Positions 1-7,248 of a DNA stretch of 64,000 nucleotides are shown here, piece by piece. Each line of letters starts with the position of its first letter. Within the stretch, counting starts at the first letter, position 1. The position numbers were made by a program, and so were the translations under genes. A model generated the notes under the pieces. That model saw nothing but the letters and a program-made list of their open reading frames with translations, was not told where the DNA came from and did not search any database. This DNA is from an archaeon (lineage in GTDB: Archaea > Nanobdellota > Nanobdellia > Woesearchaeales > GCA-2686295), in contig JBDRGV010000051.1 in the NCBI GenBank assembly GCA_043817405.1, positions 1,960 through 65,959 on the forward strand. Reading direction: 5' to 3'.

Positions 1-2
1 AA

Positions 3-494
3 TTCTCAGACAATCCAGATTACAAAACAACTTTCCCACCTCATTGTTTACAGAACACAAAAGGTGCAGAGTTTGTTCCTGCAACAAAACCTGAAAAACC
101 ATACATTATCAGTTGGCAAGATGAAGATTTCGATGCTGATGAAATATTCAACAGACGAAACATCGTTCTGTACAAGGATGCTTTCGATGTGTTTGACGAA
201 GTCGATGGAACACCTTGGGCCTATGAAGTATTAAACATTATAGACCCTACAAGAGTTTTGGTTTATGGTGTCGCAACTAATTACTGTGTTGATTTTGCAG
301 TCAAAGGTTTGCTTGAACGAAAGAATGGCTTTGAAGTTGACGTAGTAACCAATGCAATGAAAGAGATTCCAGAATGTAATTTGGAAGATAAATTCAAAGA
401 ATGGGAGGATTTGGGTGCTAATCTGATGACACTATCTAAAGAAGGATTTCTTGAGTATAATAATCCTAAAAACCCATATCTCGGACTAATATGA
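3..494 (+). CDS. pncA: Nicotinamidase/isochorismatase family cysteine hydrolase (5' partial, begins before window)
   Basis: Frame is open from nt 3 (FSDNPDYKTTFPPHCLQNTKGAEF...). It has the PPHC motif and the catalytic GVATNYCV motif, and sits at the head of an NAD operon. Confidence 0.85.
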   Translation, partial: FSDNPDYKTTFPPHCLQNTKGAEFVPATKPEKPYIISWQDEDFDADEIFNRRNIVLYKDAFDVFDEVDGTPWAYEVLNIIDPTRVLVYGVATNYCVDFAVKGLLERKNGFEVDVVTNAMKEIPECNLEDKFKEWEDLGANLMTLSKEGFLEYNNPKNPYLGLI

Positions 495-514
495 AAAAAA
501 CAGAGGAATGAAAA

Positions 515-1894
515 ATGAAAAAACCTAATAAAATAATCATTCCTGAAATAGATGTTGTTCAGGTTCAAAGAGAAATTGAAGATTTCATAATTGACACAAT
601 TATCAATGCAGGTTCCACAGGAGGCGTTATTGGACTTAGTGGAGGTGTTGATTCAACCACAACTGCTGCTCTTGCAAAGAGTGCTTTTGACAGGTATAAT
701 GAAAACAATGATAATAAATTAACACTAGAAGGTTATATTCTACCTTCAAAAATAAATAGTCCTGATGATGCAAAAGATGGTGTCGCAGTTGCAAGAACAT
801 TAGGAATTAATTATCAGGTTTTAAGCATTGATCAGCAAATTGAGAGCTATAAAATCACTAATCCTGAAAGTATTTCTAATAAATTTCACAAAGGAAACCT
901 CACTTCCAGAATCAGAGCAAATATTCTTCATTCAAAAGCTGCTTTTGGAAATAAGTTAGTTATTGGAACTGGAAATAAAGATGAGGATTTCAGTTTGGGA
1001 TACTACACTTTATTTGGTGATGGTGCTGTTCATTTAAGTCCTATTGGTAATCTTTCTAAACGTTTTGTCAGACAGATTGCAGAACATTATGGTTTTGAGA
1101 ATATTGCTAATCGTGAACCAACGGCAGGCTTAGAAGCAGGACAAACTGATTTCAAAGATTTGGGTTACAGTTATTTCTTTGTTGAAATGCTTTCTGAAGC
1201 TTTGAAACAAGGTTTCAAATATAAAAATATTGTAGCCAGTCCGCAATTAAATGATGTGTACAAGAATGATTCTAATAATTATACTAAACAATATGACAAG
1301 CAAAAGTTCAAAACCATAGAAGATGCAATAGAGGATATTTATCATAGGCATGAAAGTGCCATGTTTAAAGCAGATATTGTACATCCACCGATGGCGCCTG
1401 TAACCTTGATTTATGATGGTGAAAAAAGAAAAGATAAATCTGAAATTAAAAGAAAAGGTTACGAACCTCCGATTCCAACAACAGACATTATTATTGAATA
1501 CAAAAACGGTGTGAAAGAAGGTCTTGTTTTGATTGAAAGAAATAATCCACCCTATGGTCTGGCTATTCCAGGTGGCTTTGCTGAAAGAGGAATTACTTTA
1601 GAACAAAACGCCATAAAAGAAGCTTTGGAAGAGACTGGTTTGAGTATTGATATAGAAACTCCTGAAAGACCTTTATGTGTACATTCCAATCCTAGCAGGG
1701 ATCCTAGAAACCATATGATTAGCGCTACTTACATTGCCAGAGGTCATGGAACCATTAGGGCTGGCGATGATGCTGCAAAAGCAGCTCTTTATTCAATTCC
1801 TGAAGTTAAAGAATTACTGAAAAAAGATGCTTTTGTTTTTGATCACGGACGAATCATTGAGAAATATCTGAAACATAGAGGTTTATATGACTAA
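515..1894 (+). CDS. nadE: NH3-dependent NAD+ synthetase fused to C-terminal NUDIX (ADP-ribose pyrophosphatase-like) domain
   Basis: NadE motifs: GLSGGVDS, GNLTSRIR, GTGNKDE, GYYTLFGDG, PTAGL..GQTD. C-terminal Nudix box PGGFAERGITLEQNAIKEALEETGL, plus RDPR, AGDDA and FDH motifs. Confidence 0.9.
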   Translation: MKKPNKIIIPEIDVVQVQREIEDFIIDTIINAGSTGGVIGLSGGVDSTTTAALAKSAFDRYNENNDNKLTLEGYILPSKINSPDDAKDGVAVARTLGINYQVLSIDQQIESYKITNPESISNKFHKGNLTSRIRANILHSKAAFGNKLVIGTGNKDEDFSLGYYTLFGDGAVHLSPIGNLSKRFVRQIAEHYGFENIANREPTAGLEAGQTDFKDLGYSYFFVEMLSEALKQGFKYKNIVASPQLNDVYKNDSNNYTKQYDKQKFKTIEDAIEDIYHRHESAMFKADIVHPPMAPVTLIYDGEKRKDKSEIKRKGYEPPIPTTDIIIEYKNGVKEGLVLIERNNPPYGLAIPGGFAERGITLEQNAIKEALEETGLSIDIETPERPLCVHSNPSRDPRNHMISATYIARGHGTIRAGDDAAKAALYSIPEVKELLKKDAFVFDHGRIIEKYLKHRGLYD

Positions 1895-2507
1895 GCAATT
1901 TAAGAGATTAGGATTCATTGGAAGGTTCAAACCTTTGCATTTAGGAGCTTCAGCAGTACTCGAAGGATTATGCAAAGAAGCAGACGAAGTAATAATTGGA
2001 ATTGGTAGTTCCAATAAATATAATCTTCGTAATCCGTTCACGGCAGAAGAAACTGAAGATATGATTGATGCATACCTTTCTCCCAATCATTCAAACTATT
2101 CAATCGTCAGAATTCCTGATTACGCACATATTCCTAAATTTAACAATGGTAATGTGTGGACAGAGCATGTACTCAAAGAATTCGGTTCTTTAGATGCTTT
2201 TGTAACTGGAAATGAGTATGTGAATAAATTGTTAGAACCTCATTATAAAATTATTCATTCAGCTGAATTTGTTCCTTTTGAAAAAAGAACCAGATTGAGA
2301 GCATCAGCCGTTAGAGTTGAAATGGCCAGAAATGGTCCTTGGCAATCAATGGTTCCTGAAGAAGTCAAAGAATACCTGCAGAATAATTCTTTGATTAAAA
2401 GATTCAAGAAAGAATTTGGATTGGAAACCATCAGCAAACTAGTAACTGATAATTACTTTATGGATGAAACTAAAGATAAAGAAAAAATTCATACAATGGA
2501 GGTATAA
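1887..2507 (+). CDS. nadM: Nicotinamide/nicotinate-nucleotide adenylyltransferase (NadM-like, HxGH changed to HLGA)
   Basis: GRFKPLHLG, IIGIGSS, NPFTAEE and W..MVP.EV motifs. Overlaps the nadE stop codon. Confidence 0.8.
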   Translation: MTKQFKRLGFIGRFKPLHLGASAVLEGLCKEADEVIIGIGSSNKYNLRNPFTAEETEDMIDAYLSPNHSNYSIVRIPDYAHIPKFNNGNVWTEHVLKEFGSLDAFVTGNEYVNKLLEPHYKIIHSAEFVPFEKRTRLRASAVRVEMARNGPWQSMVPEEVKEYLQNNSLIKRFKKEFGLETISKLVTDNYFMDETKDKEKIHTMEV

Positions 2508-2508
2508 A

Positions 2509-3282
2509 ATGGGACGAATCGGAAACTATGAAATCATAAAACAAATCTCCGAAGGCGGATTTGGCAGAATATACCAAGCAAAACATATCTTTCTTGATGA
2601 GTTGGCTTGCATTAAACAGAACAAGGAAGATACCGATATGGACATTCAAATTCTAAGACAAGAAGCTAAATTATTATGGAAACTCGATGAGTATCATTCA
2701 ATACCTTCTGCTAAAGATTTTTTCAAAGTGGCTAAGGGAAGTTACGCTTTAGTTATGAGTTATATCGATGGAAAAACATTGGATGAGACTATTCCTAAAA
2801 ACAAGAAGATGAATCCTGAAGATGTTTGTTGGATTACTGAAAGATTACTTGGTGCATTGCATTATTTACATTATAATGGAGTTATTCATGCAGATGTTAA
2901 ACCTCAAAACGTGATTATTGAACCTAAAAAACATGATATCAAATTGATTGATTTCGGTTTGTCATCCTACATGCCTAAGAGTATTACTAAACCTTTAGGT
3001 TATACTGAAGTTTATGCTGCTCCTGAATTAATTCTTTTGAAACCACCAATTCCTGAAACTGATTTATACGGTGCAGGCGTTGTCATGCTTACGGCTCTCG
3101 GAGGCGATATTTACACAAAGAGTTTGCCAAAAACTGTGCATAAAGACATTGCAGATTTTTGCAACAAACTCTTAAGATATGATCCTAAGGAAAGACCCAA
3201 CTGGGATAAAAATAATCCCTTATTGGAATTATCAGATATCAGACAACATGTGTTCGGAAGAAAGCATGTTTCTGAAGCCTAG
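2509..3282 (+). CDS. Stand-alone Hanks-type Ser/Thr protein kinase
   Basis: GGFGRIY, ACIK, HADVKPQN, DFG, YAAPE, DLYGAG and ERP motifs. ATG 2509 follows GGAGGT and lies 1 nt after the nadM stop. Confidence 0.9.
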   Translation: MGRIGNYEIIKQISEGGFGRIYQAKHIFLDELACIKQNKEDTDMDIQILRQEAKLLWKLDEYHSIPSAKDFFKVAKGSYALVMSYIDGKTLDETIPKNKKMNPEDVCWITERLLGALHYLHYNGVIHADVKPQNVIIEPKKHDIKLIDFGLSSYMPKSITKPLGYTEVYAAPELILLKPPIPETDLYGAGVVMLTALGGDIYTKSLPKTVHKDIADFCNKLLRYDPKERPNWDKNNPLLELSDIRQHVFGRKHVSEA

Positions 3283-3290
3283 GATGAGTT

Positions 3291-3308
3291 AGAGCTAGCG
3301 GTAGCTCT
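3291..3308 (+). promoter_or_regulatory. Intercistronic hairpin abutting the vWA gene RBS
   Basis: AGAGCTA-GCGG-TAGCTCT, a perfect 7-bp stem, immediately followed by GGAGGT (3309-3314). Confidence 0.55.
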
Positions 3309-3321
3309 GGAGGTATAGAAA

Positions 3322-4293
3322 ATGTATGGATGGGGTAGCGATACCAGCACATGGAAAAAACCAGGCAAGTACAAATATGACTCTGCCAAAAGTCCTTACT
3401 TGGATTCACTAGCCAGCAAATCGGCTGCAAAAGGACCACGAACATATAATATCGGAAGTGAACCAAATATGAAATTAGTCAATCCAAGAGGAAGGGATAT
3501 TTCCAGCGATAGTGAGAACCCTATAATTATAGGTGTTGATGTAACCGGTTCGATGTCTACATGGCCAGCTGAGATTTTTGATAGGTTGCCATTGTTTTAT
3601 CAGACATTGTCTCAGTACAAAGATGACTTAGACATAAGTTTTGGAGCAATAGGTGATGCCTATTGTGACACATATCCAATTCAGGTCAATAGCTTTGGCA
3701 AAGAAGTTAATTTAGAAGAACATTTGAAAGCATTGTATCCTGAAGGTGGCGGTGGCGGACAGAATAAAGAAACCTATGAGTTGTTTGCTTATTATATTTT
3801 AGAACATTGCAAGACTCCTAAGGCAAAATCTCCTTTCATGTTTATTTTTGGAGACGAAGATTTTTACAAAACTGTCAATCCTAAACAAGTAGAGCATTAC
3901 ATCGGTGATAAATTAGAGTCGCCAATGAAATCAAAAGATGTTTGGGATAAACTATTGCAAAGGTTTGATTTGTATTTGCTTCATAAACCATATGGTTCCG
4001 GTAGTGATGACAAGGAAGTAGTTGACAGTTGGGCTAATGCAATTGGCAGACAACGAATTGTAGAGTTGCCTAGCAAAGAAAGAGCAGTTGATATTGCAAT
4101 GGGAATTGTTGCTAAGAAATGGGGTAAGTTTTCTGACTTCAAAGATAATCTTAGCGCAAGACATGATAGTGATGGAGTTAAGGACTCTGTTTACAAATCA
4201 ATTGCATTTGTTGATGTTGACAGCTCACCAAACTCTGTTGTAAAAACAACTAAGAAAGGTACAAAGACTAAACCATTGAGCGAAATGCCTTGA
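3322..4293 (+). CDS. von Willebrand factor A (vWA) domain protein
   Basis: MIDAS-like IGVDVTGSM, GAIGDA, GGGGG..ETYEL and FIFGDE motifs. Confidence 0.8.
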   Translation: MYGWGSDTSTWKKPGKYKYDSAKSPYLDSLASKSAAKGPRTYNIGSEPNMKLVNPRGRDISSDSENPIIIGVDVTGSMSTWPAEIFDRLPLFYQTLSQYKDDLDISFGAIGDAYCDTYPIQVNSFGKEVNLEEHLKALYPEGGGGGQNKETYELFAYYILEHCKTPKAKSPFMFIFGDEDFYKTVNPKQVEHYIGDKLESPMKSKDVWDKLLQRFDLYLLHKPYGSGSDDKEVVDSWANAIGRQRIVELPSKERAVDIAMGIVAKKWGKFSDFKDNLSARHDSDGVKDSVYKSIAFVDVDSSPNSVVKTTKKGTKTKPLSEMP

Positions 4294-4327
4294 TGATTTA
4301 AAAAAATAATTTTTGTGTGGTGAACAT

Positions 4328-4429
4328 ATGCAAAGAGAAAACTTGGAAGAAAAATTAAACGAAACACATCTTTGCAGGTTCACCAATATTTTTTATGATT
4401 ATAATATACAAACAGGTGAATTAACATGA
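4328..4429 (+). CDS. 33-aa small ORF translationally coupled to the PK-like gene
   Basis: GGTGA RBS upstream. Encodes MQRENLEEKLNETHLCRFTNIFYDYNIQTGELT. Its TGA overlaps the next ATG (ATGA at 4426-4429). Confidence 0.45.
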   Translation: MQRENLEEKLNETHLCRFTNIFYDYNIQTGELT

Positions 4430-5343
4430 AAAATGCTAAAGCTATTGTAACCATACCACCTTACGCTCCTTTTGTCAAAGAAGTTGTAAATCATCCTATT
4501 GTTTCAGGTCTTAGATTAAATACTGTTATGCCTGTTAATGAAAGTCTTGAAGATGTTTTAGGAAGATTGTATAAAGAAACTGAAAGTGCTGGTAAAGATT
4601 TATGGATTGATTTAAAATGCAGACAGTTGAGAGTTAAAAATTTTGGTGTACCTCCATTTACAGAAATTGAGTTGACTCATAATTTAGAAGTTAATACTCC
4701 TGTAACTGCTTATTTTTCTGATGGTGAAGAAAGCGCCACTGTTTTGAGAGTTGACGGTAATAAATTAATCATGCAGGAAGGTCCTAGAAGAGTTGTTGGT
4801 CCTGGCGAATCTGTTAATATCCCTGATAGATCTTTGAAGATTGATGGTTATTTAACAGAGGTTGATAAAAATTATATTAACGCTGCTAAAAGCATTGGTT
4901 TACATAATTATATGATTTCATATGTTGAAGGCAAGGAGGATGCTGGCAAAATTTTGAAGTTGGATTTTAAAGCCAACATAATTGAGAAAATCGAATCTTT
5001 GAAGGGTCTTAATTATGTTATGAAACATTGGGTTGGTAAAACTGGCCTAATGACTGCTCGCGGTGATTTATATGTTGAAATGAAATTACCCCATCAAGTA
5101 ATTGAAGCAGAAGAAATGATTATTGGCAAGGATGAGAACGCTGTTGTCGCTTCCAGAATATTCAGTTCATTAAGTCAAAGTTTGGAACCAACTTGCGCAG
5201 ACATTGGCGATGTTGATAATCTTTTAAGAATGGGCTATCGAACTTTCATGTTTGGAGATGATATTTGCATGCAGAGAGATTCAATAATGAGTGGCCTAAA
5301 TTTATTCAAAGCAATGGCTAAAAAGTACGAGGTTGGAAAATGA
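4426..5343 (+). CDS. Pyruvate kinase-like TIM barrel protein (divergent, no C-terminal domain)
   Basis: RLN, DLK..LR, KIE, MTARGDLYVE and PT.ADIGD align with PK motifs. Only 305 aa long. Confidence 0.75.
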   Translation: MKNAKAIVTIPPYAPFVKEVVNHPIVSGLRLNTVMPVNESLEDVLGRLYKETESAGKDLWIDLKCRQLRVKNFGVPPFTEIELTHNLEVNTPVTAYFSDGEESATVLRVDGNKLIMQEGPRRVVGPGESVNIPDRSLKIDGYLTEVDKNYINAAKSIGLHNYMISYVEGKEDAGKILKLDFKANIIEKIESLKGLNYVMKHWVGKTGLMTARGDLYVEMKLPHQVIEAEEMIIGKDENAVVASRIFSSLSQSLEPTCADIGDVDNLLRMGYRTFMFGDDICMQRDSIMSGLNLFKAMAKKYEVGK

Positions 5344-6425
5344 ATGAAGAACAGTTTATTGGAACTATTATCGGTTGTGCCATTGGTGATACTCTGGGCA
5401 TGCCTGTTGAAGGCTGGAAGAAAGAACAGATTGCAAGATATGCTGGAAGGATTACAGAACCTCGTGATCCAGTTATTGTAAAAGATAAAAATGGTAAAAT
5501 TGTTTATGGTGATGAGTTCGGTTATCTGAAATATCATACAAAATACATGAAAAAAGGTGAATGGACAGATGATACTATTTTGACATTGGCAATTGCTGAA
5601 GCGATCGCTGAGAATGGTTTGGATTTGGAAGCAATTGCAGAGTACCAATTGAAAGAATACAAGTCCAGAATACAAAAAGATGGTTCTGTTAGAGGCGGTT
5701 TTGGAAGAACCACTATCGGTGGTTTTGAAAACATGGAACGAGTTCGCAAGGGTGCAAAAACAGGTGTTGTTGGAGGACCTGGTAATGCTCCTGCGATGAA
5801 AGCAGGGCCTTTGGGTTTAGCTGCCGAATCTGAAGAACATATGATTGACCGTTATGATGATCGAAGGACTTTTTTGACAAGTGATTATGTTAAATTCGTC
5901 GAAGATGTTGCTAAAATGACTCATCTTGATCCGCGTTCAGTAAGGTCAGGAGTCATTCAGGCAAATGCTATAAACAATCTTTTGGACGGGGCTAACAAAG
6001 GTACTTTCATGACAAATATGTATCTGATTACCATGAGAGAAGAAAAAGTTCCTAAACATTACAGTTATTCATCCGGACCTTCTTTGTTTGATAAAATAGG
6101 TTGGGTCATGACACATGCACATGTTTCTCCTAATGTTGCTCACAAAAAATTAGGAAGTTCTAGTTTAGTCACTTCATCGTATCCTTTCGCTGTTTTCATG
6201 TTTCAGAAGTACTGGGATAATCCAATTGAAGGTTTGATTGAAACTGTGAATTATGGTGGCGATTGTGATACAACTGGTGCGATTTACGGTGCGCTTGCAG
6301 GTGCTAAGAACGGCATGATTTTTCCTAAGGAATGGGTTGATGTTTTGTATGAAAAAGAAAGATTGATTAACGCAGGAAAAAACCTATGGAGGCAGAGAAA
6401 TGAAAAAAGCATTGCTAATCTATAA
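5340..6425 (+). CDS. ADP-ribosylglycohydrolase (DraG/ARH family)
   Basis: AIGDTLG.PVE, WTDDT, GNAPAM, TH.DP and GGDCDTTGAIYGALAGA motifs. Confidence 0.9.
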   Translation: MNEEQFIGTIIGCAIGDTLGMPVEGWKKEQIARYAGRITEPRDPVIVKDKNGKIVYGDEFGYLKYHTKYMKKGEWTDDTILTLAIAEAIAENGLDLEAIAEYQLKEYKSRIQKDGSVRGGFGRTTIGGFENMERVRKGAKTGVVGGPGNAPAMKAGPLGLAAESEEHMIDRYDDRRTFLTSDYVKFVEDVAKMTHLDPRSVRSGVIQANAINNLLDGANKGTFMTNMYLITMREEKVPKHYSYSSGPSLFDKIGWVMTHAHVSPNVAHKKLGSSSLVTSSYPFAVFMFQKYWDNPIEGLIETVNYGGDCDTTGAIYGALAGAKNGMIFPKEWVDVLYEKERLINAGKNLWRQRNEKSIANL

Positions 6426-7248
6426 GAAAAGCAAGTATGATATCCAAAGAAATTCTCCTGACAAATACATAAGAGACTATGCTGAGTCTGATGATGAAAC
6501 TGCTGTTGCGAGCAGAGAACAGCATAAAATCCATAAGGATTCTTTGGAAAGAGTCATTTCTGATTTAGATAAATCTGATTTTGATTATCAGACAATTTAT
6601 AGAGCTGATTTTGACAAATCAAAAGTTGATGATCATAATCTAGTGATTGCTTTTGGTGGCGATGGAACTTTTTTCAATGTGGCTCATTATATTTATGACA
6701 GACCTCTTCTAGGTGTTAATCCAGGCACTAGCGTTGGTTTTTATTGTCATGCAAACAGTGATGATTTCCATGAAGTAATAAATAGTATTGATGAGCAACC
6801 GATTACAAAAGTTCACAGATTAGAATTAGAGTTGAATGGAAAAATCATTCCTGAGCAGGTTTTGAATGATATTTTGATTGCAGATAATAATCCTGCAGCT
6901 TACACCTATTATTCTGTTGAAGACCATGGAGATGTGAATATCAAGAGGAGCAATGGTTTGTTGGTTGCAACTGCTGCTGGCTCTACTGCGTGGATTCGAA
7001 ATTTGAGAGGTGCAGTATTGCCTTTAGAATCTCCTTTAATTCAATATCATCACAGAGATGTTAATAGTCCTTTCTTCATAACTGATGGATTAAAAGTTAA
7101 ATCTTATTCTAGACAGGCAGATATATATGTTGATGGTGATCATTTGATGTATCCTTTTAATTTGGAAAGTGAACTAGTTATTAGAAATGGTAAACCTTTG
7201 CATATAATTGGCGAATTTACTGAGAAGAGAAGAAAGTATTTTGATTAG
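6400..7248 (+). CDS. nadK: NAD(+)/NADH kinase
   Basis: GGDGT, LGVN, LND, GLLVATAAGSTA and VDG motifs. Confidence 0.88.
   Translation: MKKALLIYKKSKYDIQRNSPDKYIRDYAESDDETAVASREQHKIHKDSLERVISDLDKSDFDYQTIYRADFDKSKVDDHNLVIAFGGDGTFFNVAHYIYDRPLLGVNPGTSVGFYCHANSDDFHEVINSIDEQPITKVHRLELELNGKIIPEQVLNDILIADNNPAAYTYYSVEDHGDVNIKRSNGLLVATAAGSTAWIRNLRGAVLPLESPLIQYHHRDVNSPFFITDGLKVKSYSRQADIYVDGDHLMYPFNLESELVIRNGKPLHIIGEFTEKRRKYFD

Noticed and set aside
4426..5343. Annotating as glycolytic pyk
   Set aside because: The C-terminal domain is missing, several signature motifs are altered, and the context is non-glycolytic.
3..7248. Calling the operon a known phage NARP1/NARP2 pathway or a TerY-P triad
   Set aside because: No PRPP-synthetase-like or nicotinamide phosphoribosyltransferase-like gene and no PP2C phosphatase is visible in the window, and the gene set differs.
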